Of a DNA stretch of 64,000 bases, positions 46,804-60,330 are shown piece after piece. How positions within the stretch are numbered: the stretch's first letter is position 1; every line of letters starts with the position of its first letter. Location of the stretch: assembly GCA_046563655.1 (NCBI GenBank), contig CM102285.1, positions 3,224,001 to 3,288,000 on the forward strand. Direction: 5' to 3'. The stretch is from Yuukianura sp. NJ FZ-2021. Lineage: Eukaryota. The notes beneath the pieces are model-generated. The model was not told the DNA's origin and did no database searches. It saw only the letters and a list, made by a program, of their open reading frames with translations. The position numbers and the translations under genes were made by a program.

Positions 46804-47314
46804 CTAGACAGCACCGTCAGGCCAACGTGGTTTAAACACCCAATTATAATATCGGCGTGTTTTTTTTATGAATTCTGGCCCGAAAACATTTCGGATTGTG
46901 TGCAGAAGGACTTTCTCCTTGGAGAACCACGACTCAACATACGAGTTTGAGCTTCTGTTAAAGTCCGGTATTCCATTCCGTGGAATGGCTGAAGCAAAGA
47001 ATGGAAAATACGCAACATACGTGTCGAGAAAGATGTTCAACACTGTTGGGCAGTACTCATTCTCGACTGCTTCCTTTGCTAGCTCTTTCCATCCCTCACT
47101 TTGGATCACCGCCATCCTAGCTTTGAAGTGTTGGTAGAACGGCGACGATTCTCGTTGCGTCCCCCCCCCTGTGCGACTCATTTTCAATGTCCATTGGATC
47201 ATCCCACTCTGGGCAGATTGTCATAAAAATTGCATCCTCCTCGTCCACAGTGTTTTGCGTTGTCGATTTGAAATATACCATTAGGTTTACAACATCATCT
47301 GAGTTAGAGGACAA
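46804..47314 (-). mobile_element. Possible Mutator/NOF-Foldback-like transposase fragment
   Basis: NEYCPTVLNIFLDTYVAYFPFFAS...NRSSNSYVESWFSKEK resembles the N..VESWF..K catalytic-Glu region of MULE/NOF proteins; fragmented. Confidence 0.4.
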
Positions 47315-47843
47315 TGTTAATCATCCTTATAGTGATATTGATTTTTTTGTGGGATCGATTAAATGCAGTTGTTCTGAATGGTGTTTTCATCGCCTTTCGT
47401 TTGGATAAGAGTATGGCGTGGCGTCCCATTCTTCAGAGGGGGGGGGGTGGATTGGGGTGTGTTTTGTGGAAGTGGCGGGAAGGGTGCAAATTTTTGAAAA
47501 TTGGTGGAATGTTATGAAAACTTTTTTCGTTCGTTTTTGGTAGTGTTTCTATTTGGTAGGGAAAGATGGTGTTGTAGGTATGTTTGTTTGGCTTTGACCA
47601 TTTTCTTGTGGATGACTCCTTTGCCATCTATGAAAAAAAGTCCAACAAAATTTTGAAAAAAAAAATGCAGCGGGAGAAACCTCTAATGCTCCAATATGAT
47701 ATTTTTGGTTTATTGTAGCCTCAGACCGATGCAAACAACGATTCATTCAGTTAGTCTGTCACTGGGAGTCGACGTCGTAGCATCTCTGGTGTCTCCAGTG
47801 TCGATTTCATCAGATTTTTAAAGTAGTGACTGGAAAAGTGAAA

Positions 47844-48323
47844 ATGGATTTACAAAGAAAAGTCATTGAAGAGGCAACTAGTACTTTTGGTGTAGACGAC
47901 AATTGGTTATTTTGTTTGTATCGTGAACACGACGGAAACAAATTGGTTCGTATCCAGAGACATAAGGGAATGTCTGTTGACGTTGGCCATGAAGAGATAC
48001 CCAAGCTTATGGGAGAGTTGTTCCATATCTACATGCGGAATGGTGGGGACGTCTGGAGGCTGCCACGCATGAAGATTGTACACGACTCTGTGCGTCATCG
48101 TATGTTTCTCACCAGCAAGGACATCCGTACTACGACGAGGATGTTTTGGGACTGTAACGCAAGGTCTCCATACACCTGTGCCAAAACATTGAAGAAACTA
48201 CAACAGGAAGGCAAGCCATACCGCAAGGGTGTAAGGAACACAGACGTCTCAGCTATTGGAGATGAGCCAAGAGCGAAGTATCTGGAGACAGTGTACAAAA
48301 CTACAATGTTCGAAAATAATTGA
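47844..48323 (+). CDS. Intronless orphan protein, paralog A (~159 aa)
   Basis: ATG-started ORF, AATAAA overlapping the stop; clear paralogy with 48539-49000. Confidence 0.65.
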   Translation: MDLQRKVIEEATSTFGVDDNWLFCLYREHDGNKLVRIQRHKGMSVDVGHEEIPKLMGELFHIYMRNGGDVWRLPRMKIVHDSVRHRMFLTSKDIRTTTRMFWDCNARSPYTCAKTLKKLQQEGKPYRKGVRNTDVSAIGDEPRAKYLETVYKTTMFENN

Positions 48324-48538
48324 ATAAAGAAAATTGTCGCTGTTCCTTTTACTACAACTGCGTTTTTTTTTTTGAGAGGGTTTATTTTTTTTTTATCAAA
48401 TTTGATGCAAAATTACGTGTTTTTTTAGTTTGGAATGGTATTTATTCAAACAATAATAAGAAAATTTTAATATCAATGGTAAAAATTATTATAGTGTAAA
48501 AGAAATACTGGTGAACAGTTTTGAGTGTAAGAGTCTTC

Positions 48539-49000
48539 CTATTTCGACTTGTTGTAGACAGTAGTCTCATAGACGGTTTCAAGATACTCCGGTTTGGTTT
48601 CTTCTCGGTCAGTAGTGTCAGCGTCTTGTGGTATTTCCTCCATTTCCTGTTGGTCTTGTTTTACCTGCCATGCGTGAGGAGTCGACTTGTCGCGACAACT
48701 CCAGAATGTCCGGGAGGCTGAAGTGGCATATTCATGCTTCAGCGTCATGAGATGCCGTTCCGTATCGTGTGTAATCTGCATGCGTGGCAACTCTCTTGAA
48801 TCACCGCCATTCTCCATGTAAATCTGGAAGAGGTATCCCATGAGTTTCGGCACATCTTCAAAGTCAATGGCAGTGGCGCTCCTGTTTTGACGTATATTGA
48901 TCGCTTTGTCTTCCCCCCGTTTACTAAACCAGCACAATAACAACTTGTCGTTCACTGGATGAGGTCTCGATTGCCGACTGATGGATTTCCTTGAAGCCAT
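48539..49000 (-). CDS. Intronless orphan protein, paralog B (~153 aa)
   Basis: Shares PKLMG.LF.IYM.NGGD...LPRM.I.HD..RH.M.L, R.FW.C and YLETVY.TT with paralog A. Confidence 0.65.
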   Translation of the reverse strand: MASRKSISRQSRPHPVNDKLLLCWFSKRGEDKAINIRQNRSATAIDFEDVPKLMGYLFQIYMENGGDSRELPRMQITHDTERHLMTLKHEYATSASRTFWSCRDKSTPHAWQVKQDQQEMEEIPQDADTTDREETKPEYLETVYETTVYNKSK

Positions 49001-49399
49001 TGTTGTTTGAAGCAGAAAAGTAGACTCGAAAAATGGCACTATTGAACAGAGTGTGGATGTTAATGTCCCGGATTCCAGTTGCAGACTGCACGAGGGGACC
49101 GCTGATGCTTCTTCATATATATAGCATAGATATAGCTCGAAATATATAGCATACAGAATTTCTATTTTTAAATTTTCTTTTTAAAAAAATTTTATTTTAA
49201 AAATTATTTTATCATTTAAAAACAAGGTTAGGTTATGTTAGGTTTTTTTTAATGGGAAAAAATAAAAACTTGAGTTGATGAAAATCACGGAAAATGAAAT
49301 GTAAAGTGTAATATAAATGTAAAGTAATATAAATGTAATATAAATATAAAATAGTGTAATATAAATGTAAGAAATGTAAAGTTGATAAGTTATGCAATT

Positions 49400-49804
49400 C
49401 TACATAGGACCAGTACGGATACAGTTGCGATGATGGCGATCTCTGGTATCTCGTCTATTAAACCGCTTTCCGCACTTCGGGCACCCGAAGCCTTTTGGAT
49501 CCCCGCTGTGAATTGCCAAGTCGTGGCGATTGAGGCTTTTCGGTACGGTAAAAGTCGTTGAGCACTTTTGACATTTGTAGCGGCCGGTCGCTTCATCGAC
49601 GATCAGCAGAGGATATTTTCGTCTTTCGACAATAGACTCCAATGGATCTCGTTCGTTTTCATTTGGATCCAAAGGTGGATCAGCGCGACGTCCTTCGATG
49701 ACTCTCGATGTAGCAGAGGTCGACGGAAGAGCGACAGCGAGTGTTTCGACTGAAACTGGTTCTTCGAGTGGAGGTAACGGCGGGGCTATGTCTGGAGTGA
49801 GCAC
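49400..49804 (-). CDS. Small zinc-finger protein (C2H2 + C2HC fingers); start uncertain
   Basis: YKCQKCSTTFTVPKSLNRHDLAIH and FGCPKCGKRFNRRDTRDRHHRNC. Confidence 0.7.
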   Translation of the reverse strand: MLTPDIAPPLPPLEEPVSVETLAVALPSTSATSRVIEGRRADPPLDPNENERDPLESIVERRKYPLLIVDEATGRYKCQKCSTTFTVPKSLNRHDLAIHSGDPKGFGCPKCGKRFNRRDTRDRHHRNCIRTGPM

Positions 49805-52235
49805 ATGATGCGTATATGGGTCCAGGATGGTGGCAGGTACATTGAATTAATGTTTTATGCTTGTATTTATGAAACTGGGGTTACATCTTCAGTAATTAAC
49901 AAATTTCAGCGGTAATTTAATACCTAATTGTGCAAATATTAATGAATTGTCTGGGTTTGTTTACCCTAGTCAGTTGAAGTTAGCTTGGCCTTTATGTCCC
50001 TCCATATTCTTTTGTACCCTACATTCTGAATCCTCAAATGGAGTTTGGGCTTTAGGTCAATTGCTAAATTTCAGAAAATATGACTGGGCAAAGACACCAG
50101 TTTCGCTTCTATCGGTTCGAATAATTAGTTACTGACAAATATCAATATAATTTTGAAGTAAAATGCAAATTTTGCAAGCCTAACCTAACTTCTGAGTTTC
50201 GTTCGTCAATTTGACATTGTTTTCGTGTTTATTCTGAAAATTTCAGCATATTCTTAGGGGGCATTATGCCCTCGCATGTTTTGTTAATTTTTGGGTCAAA
50301 TGTTTCTTGACTTGAAAATTTGCTTAGTTCAGGTGATTTGAATTTCACCTCTAATTGAAAGGGTGTCAACCGGACCCACCTTGGTCCAGTGTAACAACCC
50401 TCCCGTAACCTCAGCAATGACTCACAGCAAGTGGATGAAGTGACCGAGGAATGCGTGTGACGATGAGTTTATTGCGCTGTTCGCCCTAAGGGTCTCTCTG
50501 GACCTCGGTGTTGTATACCAGGACTCGTCCACTCTCCAGGTCCTCCATCAGGGTGGAAGATCTTGATAGGAGACCTACTGACTCTCGGCTACCCTCCTGC
50601 TTGACTCTCTCCCAATGTCCTACTCTCCTGCTCTCCCTCACTCCTCTGCTACTTAAGCTTTCTCTCATGGTCAGGAATGTGACCATGAGAGGAAGCTGCC
50701 AAACCTAAAAGTAGCTCCTCTCACTCGGCCAACACAGGCTCGTGTGCAAAACCTTGAGTCAGTGTGCCAAATCTATTTGGGTAGTGAGGACAGGGTTCCG
50801 TGGCTAACCACGGTATCCTGACCTCACACTAATTATGTACTAAAATGATATTTAGAAGTCAGGTTTTTTGTTTTATTGTTTTGAGTTTTTACAAACTCAA
50901 ATTTTCACGTTGAGGTCAGTCAAGGTCAACGCAACGTTGAACTCATTGACTTCCCTCCCTTCTTAGCATTGACCTTTCTAAGGCCAACAAAATTTTTGTA
51001 AAAATAAATTTAATTTTATTTGACCTTACGTGACCTCAATGGGGTCAACGTAATTTTTATGGTTTGGGGTCAACGCAATGTTAAGCGCATTGCGTGCTCT
51101 CCCCTCCTTTGATTTTCATAAATTTTGACTTTGACCTCATCGGGGTCAAAGGTCAAACGATTTTTTTTTCTCTGTCGTGTTTCCAACGCCTCCATTTTGT
51201 GCTTTTTCCTGGACAAGCAATTTGCTGTCCAAAGCACTGGATGCAATAGCATCCCACCTCAGGTCAACGTTCGCTTTCGCCTACAGAAGATGCACCGAAC
51301 GGACCACCGCCATAAGGTCTTTGGTTAACGCCTTCTGCGGACCCAGTGGAGGTCGTTCGTTGCCCGTGGGTTGACGCGGCTCGTCCACCAATTGTAGTGA
51401 AATAAGGCCTTTTGGCCTAAAAGAAAAGAAAACACACTACAAGTTTTCTTTTTCCTTCCTTGGTGGAAGGAAAAACATGACTCCATGACTCGGCCTCCCT
51501 CACCGATTTCATCCAAAACGTGGCCCTCCTTATCCACACGAAATGAGAGAGGCGTCTTAGTCACATTTGGAACACACGATAGTATTTCTCGGCTTACATT
51601 TTTACAAACAAAACATGTTAAGTATATTATAATAGGTGAATTGAATATTTGGTTTGATGTGAACTTGGATATTGCTGCCTGAGATATTGTTTTCATTACA
51701 GAACGAAACTGCAAGATTTTCGGCTGTTTTGCAATATGCAACACAGCCGAAAATCTTTACCTTTTAACTTTGTGAGAATTTCAAAGCCCTAGAAATGTGT
51801 AAAATTCATCTAAATTTCTGAGAACTTCAAAGCCCTAGAAATGTGCAAGATTCATTCCAAATGTTTCTCGTAAGTAATCTTGGGAAGTAACAGCGAAGAA
51901 GTTCCAATGATTCAAAAAAAATTCTAAGCATTGCAAAAAAATTTCCAGTAATAGTTCGATTTTAGTCAGTCCCATTTAGAATTAACACAAAATATTGAAG
52001 TCATTGATGAATTCAGCAAATGAATTTAATGTACCCAGCTCCCCTCAATTGCATTTTAATTAGTATTTTAATATATAGGTCTTGCTAAAATTATGAATAC
52101 TTGGACCCTAGTATTTTGACCTTTATTTTGTCAGCCTGTTAGCTTACTACTAAATAGTAAATTAAAAAAAATAGTTGGGTGGACATTTGAGTAATAAAGC
52201 AATCTCATTTTCGCAGTTTAATTGTCTTGTCGTCG

Positions 52236-53395
52236 TCACTGTACAAATTGGTTTGTGAGTTTCCAGTAAGCCAAGTTGAGAAGGAATACATTCGAAAGGT
52301 GTTCTTTCGTCTGAGGGTCACAATCCAAGTAGTAATTTCGTAACCGCGAATTCATTTCCAATGAACATGAGGTCTCAAATATTTCATCAACTACATGCTG
52401 GCCGGATACTTTTTCAAAGCCTGAAAAAGCAAGGAAAAATGAGATGAGCTACATAGATTTTTTGTTTGAACAGCTTCGAAATTCATTATAACTTACCAAT
52501 GTACGTGTTGAATAGCTTTGCAACTGCTTGCGTCTTTACAGAAATTATGTGCGACTTCTTGGACTTGGACGCCAGAGCACCGAGGAGAATTGACCGCGCC
52601 TGGGTCATCTGTAGAACAAAACTAAACATGTAACTGGAAGGCACTTGTGTTGGGAATTCTTCACAGATGTAAAGATCACAGGGTGGCAATTCTTGAGCCA
52701 GGCCGTTCATCTGGAACAGGTTTAGTATATCATTATTTTTCGTAAACAATTTTGTTTCTAAACTTTTCTACGGTCTGTTAGTAGTATTGCTCACCAACTT
52801 GTCTCAGAACGTCCAAGAAGTGTGGTTTTGAAACCAATTCGAAGGATTTAACGTTGAGTGCATCCAAGCGAATGGAATCATGGGCTAGTTTCTGGATTAG
52901 ACTCCAAGAGACGTAGTTGGCAGTGATGTTGAAGCTTAGTACACTGGAAACGGATGCTATTTGTTCCTGAGTCAGGGGAGGAACAATGGGATTTCCAAGA
53001 CCAAGGCCACGTTTTTCTAACATGCTGCTATAAAACTTCTCCAGTACCTAAAAACCGATTTGATTTAGTATTAGTATATAAATTGAACACGATAATAATC
53101 GAATAAAAGAAACCACCTTCGTTCCCATGATTGGAATCAAGTCGTCGAGATTCGTAAAGGTGCCCATTTCCTCTCTTAGTCGAAGCAGTTCGGCGATTCG
53201 TTTGTTGGAAATGATGTACCGTTTGAACTCTTCTTCGTGCTGGATTCCATTTATAAGTTTGAGGATTTTGTCACTTTCTTCTGTGCTATACTTTTCTTCA
53301 AAGAAATGGCGACATGTTGCGATCATTGACATCGAATCTCTCCCGACGTTCTTGAATACTACTCTCCTGAAGTATTGGGGTACAGCGCTGAGCAT
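52236..53395 (-). CDS. TEFM: Mitochondrial transcription elongation factor, 4 exons
   Basis: Basic presequence; HhH-like region ILKLIN...REEMGTFTNLDDL; RuvC-like part SVLSFNITANYVSWS, PPCDLYICE, AVAKLFNTYIGFEKVSGQHVV. Confidence 0.75.
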
Positions 53396-56239
53396 CTTGT
53401 TTTTCTAATTTACAACTGAAAATTGAAAAAGTATGTTTTAATAGATAATCCTCGCGAATATTGTTTGTTAAATAAATTAAAATTTTAGAATAATTTGCGC
53501 TCTTGTAAAAAAACAACGCTGTGCTGTGATACAGTGTCACTGACACCGCAACCGCAATACAGTATTGATGTTGAACGCTTGCTTGTAATGAACTTACCGG
53601 GCGCAACGTATATTAAGTCTACTGTCTGTACCAGTAAATACTACAAAACTTTTTAGTAAACAGATCCCTCCCTAGTCCCTAAACACCTTAATATTTTTCC
53701 ATTGCACAATCCACACCACACATAAAAAAATACCATAATCTTCCCTCACTCTTCTCTCAAGTGCAAGTGCAAGTCTCACTCTCACTCTCAAGTGATCTCA
53801 GCATATTGACTTCAAAACCAACCATAACCACCAGTTCAATTGCTGGTGTAGTGAATCGAACTACACGCTAAGTACTTTCGCTTTGCATAATTTTATTTGC
53901 TAACCCACCTTCAATAATCTCGTCGTTCGTGTTAGAGTGGTACTGCTCTGGAGAATCAACAAAAACGTGCCGTCGCCGTTTCTTTCTTCTTGCATGATTT
54001 GACTTTCGTTTGAAGGCAGTTCGTCTGGTCAACAACGTAATAACAATATAAACTGACTTGATCTACGGGACGATTACAGAAAAAGGGCAATGGCCAAGGT
54101 CATATGATCCTTTGGGTGTTTGGATTTGGTACTATAAGGAAGTTGCTTTTCTCAGCGAATATTTCTCTGTAAAGAACCTGCAGACCACACGAGCAGTAGT
54201 TTACAAGAGTACCGCGGGCGGACAGCTTAAATTATCCTTAAGACGACTCGGCAAGTGTCAACTTGACATCGACGACGAGACGATACACTTACTCTGTTGC
54301 TGGTTGTTGGTGATTTATCAGTGGTCGTTAACAGACTGTCGAGACTGTAACTTAACAGTTAGAATAGGTAGGAGTGACGTGCACTGCTCGTTCAGCGAGG
54401 AGGTGGTTTTTCATTTACGATTTCACTTTTTGTTGTCCTTATCATCGATATTCCCTTTCCTGCAGTGTATTTATTCCCTTTAACTTGAATGGCTCTTAAG
54501 TTAAATGTTTGCTGATAGATTACGGAAGTGAAGTTAAATTAATTTCATTTGCGTTTTACTTTTTCAACAAATTAAGGGTTCCTTCGCAATAAACCGGATG
54601 ACGCGTTTCGCTAATTAATTTGGATTGCATTGGTGGTTTGATCTGTAGTAGTAAATAATAATTTAATTGTACATAATAATTATGTACTAACTGATCAAAT
54701 TATTTTTAAATTAATGGTGCATCCCATCGTTCCTTCTCATTTTGTTTAATATAAAACATAGATTATTCCAAGTCGAATCTAATTGTTTTTCTTCTTTTGT
54801 TTTATGGGTTTGTTATAGATTGGTGAATGAAAAGAAATTTTCCTCCTCTACCGGAATCAGATAACTAAATCTTCATAATCATATCCACAACATCTTCATC
54901 CTGGACATTAATCATTGCGAGGATTGAATTAATAAGAATGCGCACAAAATAGAACTGCTACTAAATTTTAAAGGTAAACTAAGCATTTCTCGTCTTCTGA
55001 ATAGATTGAATTCTTACGTAATTATGATTCGACATAGGATCTCTGCCGAATTATGATTAATTTTGTTTGTTTTTTTTTATTTATTAGTACCGAAGTTGTC
55101 ATTTGGAATTCTAAAAGTGGACCCCAGTCGAATCATCACACCCAGAGTGACACATCACATCCATAGTCATACGCCAAGTGTGCAGCAAGAACAACGAACA
55201 ACTCGAGTGGACTTTTACTGAACCGGATTTACTGCATTCTGCGTTGACCTTCTTTGCACGGAAATATAAGCAACGATTAGGTGAGTATGGATTTAGGTAC
55301 TTATTTGTTTTTCTCATCACTTAAGCCAGGATAAAACGTGTCAACTTTCGTGTTCTTTTTAAAACAGGGGGAGTCATTATAAGGACCATTAGTAAAGGCA
55401 AGGGAAGTGAAAGTTCTTCGTGTGCTTATTGTGGTTGCTGTCTTGTTTGAATGCCAAGGACAAGGACGCTGGCAAGGAAGGTTTAGAAATATAGAGCTCA
55501 AGGGAACTCTAGTTTATCCTTGCGCACAGTACATAAAACATAACTATTATAAAAAATTCGGGTCCGAGTTTCCCTATGCAGATTGCGAAACTCTACAGAG
55601 CAGGAGCACCCGAACACACCGAATACATAAGGAATCTCGCGTAGGATTAGGAAGCGGGCAGCTGAGAAGGGCAGTAATAGCATAGAGGTAGAGGACGGTT
55701 TTTTTTTAGCAACTCACAAGGCTGGAGGCAAGTTCCAGATTCGCGTCCTTCAGTTTTAAGTCAAGGTTAAGGAAATGAGTTGCCTTCATTCACCTTGGCC
55801 TGGTACTTTGTTGTTGAGTTCTCCTTTTCATCTAGGATGGATCGATTGACCTTCAAAGTCTGGCCTTGCCAGAAATAACGCCAGTTCGCTCTTTTTGGAT
55901 ATCTTGTTAGATCCCTTTAACCGGACAGTTTTATTTCGGCCCTGCTGGTGGCTGTAACCAGTCGCTTCTGGATTAACTCTGGGAATAACTAGGGAATATC
56001 CAGTGCTATCGACAGTGCTTGCAGTAGCAATAATACTTTAGTAATACTGCAAGAGGTAGCCGCGAGTAGTTCCTTAACATTGATTTGACCAATAAGTAAT
56101 ATCCATTAAGATTGTTAGAATCATATAACATTATGTTATAAAATATGCTAATAACTTATTTTGAATTTACAGAATTGAATCCAAGTAAATCAAGCATTAC
56201 ATCGGATACATAGCTCATCGTTTTTGGAGTTAACTGAAG

Positions 56240-59200
56240 ATGTTTAACAAAATGTGGCCATTAGCAAAGTCACAAGCTTCTGGAATACATCGAACAAAGG
56301 AGAATTTAGCAGACGACCTGCATGCTGAAGGTAACGTGCTCAATGTTATTTTTTAAGAGGCGATATCATGTTAGTTTTTCAATTTGATTGCGTTTTTGAC
56401 GATTTAGTCCGCTCTGCACCTCCGGGAGCCAGGTTATCTAATGGCTTGCGAATTAGCCTCGAAAGACTGGACAAGTCAGAACGGGCCAAACTCGTCACTG
56501 GAGTGAAAACGGATGGTTGTTCGCCACTGTTTGTTGCATGTAAAAGAGGGAATCTCGAAATTGTCCAGTATTTAATTGAAACATGCGCAGCAGACATTGA
56601 GCAACTAGGAATTTATGAAGTACTTGATGAAAAAGCTAGTCATCGCGTAAGTTATGACACGTTTAATACTGAGCATTTGGTTGCTTTATATTTGTTTTTA
56701 TATGGTTTGCTTTCATTGTATCAGGTAACTCCACTATGGTGTGCAAGTGTATCTGGACGCTTGAACATTGTCAAATGTCTCGTCAAATTTGGTGCCAACG
56801 TGAATTCTGTGAGTGACACAGGGTCAAGCCCAGTAAGATCTGCCTGTTTTATGACACACTTCGAAGTTGTGCAATATTTGGTAGAAGAAGCAGGCGCCGA
56901 CATACAACTGCCAAATTATAATGGTATTTTTTGTCTGTTTGATGGCAGCATTTTCAATTGACGGTATTTCCGTATTAAACGTTGTTTTTGTTTTTAGGCG
57001 GTACGTGCTTGATAAATTCCGTTCAAAGCGCGCCATTGTGTGAGTACCTGTTAATGCACGGAGCGTCAGTCAATGCAAAAGATATCCAGCTTAAAACAGC
57101 GCTTCACTATGCTATTCAAGAACATCGTTTTGAAACTACAAAACTTTTGCTGCGATATGGCGCAGACCCATTCCTGAAGAATAGGTACGGAGATGATGCC
57201 CTTCAAACAGCCGCCTTGAAGGTACGAGTTCGAATTCTTGTTTACGAAAAAAAATCAATGGAGACGTAATTTCTACGCCTATTTTTCGATTGTCGAATGT
57301 TTTCAGGGCGCTACGGTCATTTTCAACTACCTTGTCGACAACGTCGCTGGCTATACGGTATGAGTTCAGTCCTTGTAAAATATACGTTTTTTTATACCTA
57401 GAAAACTTGAAAAAATTGATTTTGTATTTTGCATTACATTTTTTAGGGGATCGCATACGCAACTGACCGACACGCGGAGATGCTGGAGTTGATGGGCTCC
57501 ACATTTATTGATGAGCACCATGACATTCAGATGGCGCTGAATTACTGGAGGGATTCCATTATTTTACGCGAAGAAAACTCAGTGGCTAAACCTAGTCTGG
57601 GCTATACGCCAATGTACGCATTCCTGCCGAATGACGGCGGAGGTAATTGAGATTAATTCATTCTCATGATTGGGCATTCCGCCTGATGCGAAGCGATAAA
57701 TTCTAAACATTTAAGACGTTTTTCTTTATTCAATTTCTTAATTTCTTATACTATCTAATTTCCAGGCCCCGAGGTTCGAGTGGAAGAATTTAAAACACCT
57801 TCGGAACTGGAAGCAATCTCGAGTGATGTTGAGCTAATGAGAATCAACAGTTTGCTCGTAGCGGAACGGATTATCGGAAATTCACACAAGGACGTCATTT
57901 TTCGAATAATGTACCGTGGAGCTGCGTACGCTGATCTCCAACTCTACTCTCTTTGTATTTCGTTATGGATTTATGCTCTTCAACTAAGGATAAACAAAGA
58001 CTCAATTCTCTACGGAGACTCTTGCTTCACAGCACTTGCACTTGTGAGATTTGGAAAAATTCGTTATGATATCATTTGAGCAACTCGGATAACGGAAGCG
58101 GCTTTTCCAGAAGTCTGCTTCGTGTTCGAATCTACCGATAGTATCGAAAGGCCTCATGTTGGTACTCTAGTTGCTTCCTATCATTAGAGTATTTTCTTCG
58201 TGGCCGAAACTAATTCGCTTGAGAAATAATTAGCTTTTCAGAATTAATTGATAAAGCTTTCAAAATAGTGAAACATAATGTATTAATAATTATTTTATAA
58301 TTTTTAATGGAAGTCTTTTTCTTGTTTCGAAGAGATTAAGGTTTTGTTTGAATTACCACTGATATTCTTTTTTCTGTATCAGATACGACTGTACCTGGAC
58401 TTAGATCGGAACATAGAGCATCAGCAGCACCAAAGATACGCCCAAGTGGAATTTTCGGCTCTGAACTTCAATGTTCTCATGAAAACTTACACACTGCTCA
58501 TTGAGCAAATACCTGAAGCCTCCAGACTTGTCAAACTTAGGCCTCAATTCAAGCGCCAACTCGAGAGCTATGATAGGTGAGTGGAAAGCGATTTCGCGTT
58601 TTTTTTTGCCATAAATGTTTTTATAGCTTCGAACCCCCAAAATTGTTCTTGATTTCAGGTGCCTCCGATGTTGTACCCATTTGCTCTACTTGCTATGGAA
58701 AGTTACTAAAACGCCTGAAGAATGGTTTCAACTGAAAGTGGTAAGCCATGTTCTAGAAATGATCTTGGCTGCTAAGCATTACTAGATGTTCATTTTAGAA
58801 CAAATTCACATTTTAGGCAACCGCAAAGTTCGTGAAATACAACCCGCGTATGTGTAGTTCCGGCGACAGTATTCTCCACATGGCTGTGAGTCGCAACAAT
58901 GTTGTACGAAGCAATTTTTTCATGGAGGATCGACAGGTTGCCATTCCTAACTTTTCTATTTTTCACGTCTCGTTTTTTTTCCATAACGAAGTTCATTTTT
59001 TTTTTGTAGCTTACGGTATTTCCTAGCTTCGGTGTAACTGAATTCCTAATTATGTGTGGAGCCGATGTTAACGCTGTAAATGACGCAAGATCTACACCAC
59101 TTCACGTTCTCGTCAACTCTGATGATTACGACACAAAGGTACGTTCATAATTGTGCATTTACCCGGGTATTTCCTATTTCACTAATCCACTGTGAACATT

Positions 59201-59518
59201 CAATGTGTACTAATTTTTTAACAGATTGCGGAGTACCTTGTTCGTGCTGGAGCTCACGTGGATCAACTTGACAAAAGCAATAAATCTCCGCTATTACAAC
59301 TTATGGCAACGCCGTACTCCGGATTTCGGCCTGTCGCTCACATTTCTCTGAAGTGTTTGTGCTCAAGAGCAATTGGTAGTTTGAAGGTCCCTTATAAAGC
59401 CAGCGACCTACCGAGAGAACTCGCTGAGTTTTTAACACTCCATCTTCCAATGTCACCAGCGTCTGGTGAAGGAAGTGAAGGCATCCAAAGAGTCTTCAGA
59501 CGGCGTTTGCTCAGTTGA
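56240..59518 (+). CDS. fem-1: Fem-1 homolog (ankyrin-repeat CRL2 substrate receptor), multi-exon
   Basis: GCSPLFVACKRGN, VTPLWCASVSG, VSDTGSSPVRSACF, GGTCLINSVQS, FRIMYRGAAYAD, SLKCLCSRAI (BC-box-like). Confidence 0.9.
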
Positions 59519-60330
59519 ATTTTACTCAAGAACCTTCAGTAACTCAAATTATTAAATAATTATTCAGAATTACTGTAATAGTTTGTTCCTTTAGAAAGTT
59601 CCGTGACTTGTGAAACTATAATTAATGTCTATTCTATCGGATTTTAAAGTATTAAGCTCCATTTTTATTAAATCAGGATATGCAATAGCGAAACCTCAGT
59701 ACTCAGTTTTTAGGGAATTTTTTCCGCCGCAATTTTATTTCCCTTTTCGCAGATATGACGCGTCTTTTATGCATATGCTTGAAAACTTGAAAAGTTCTAA
59801 AGTCCTTCAAAGTCCTTCAAAGGGAAAATATCAAAGGGAGACAATTCAGTGTGGACAGTCCGTGACTAGTGTATACTCCGCTGTATTTTAAATTCACAAT
59901 AATCAAAAGATTTTATTTAAACTAGAGTTAATTTTTTTGAATTTAAATCGTCGAACAGTCTAATTAGGTCTCATAAGTTGCGTATGAATTTTACTTATTT
60001 TAAACTGACTAGAATTCATTAGCCTATTATTCAATTTCTCATGGATTACATTAAGAATTCTGGCACTCCTCTAGTCAAGTTGAATCGCAGATAAGTACAT
60101 TGTAAACTTAACGTTTACTTCAACCACTTCTACGTAGACATCACAAGAGTTTCTGACAGTTCTGAGGATTAGGCGCTCTGGTTAGCGATCAGCCGGTTTT
60201 ATTTTTGTTTTGCGAAGTAACTAATTGTCGCCGGAACCCGGACGTTCTATTTGCTTTTGATACTTTACGGTTTCAGTACTGCTGAACGGCTGAACCTAAC
60301 CTAACGTACATTGGACAATACAGGAAGGAA

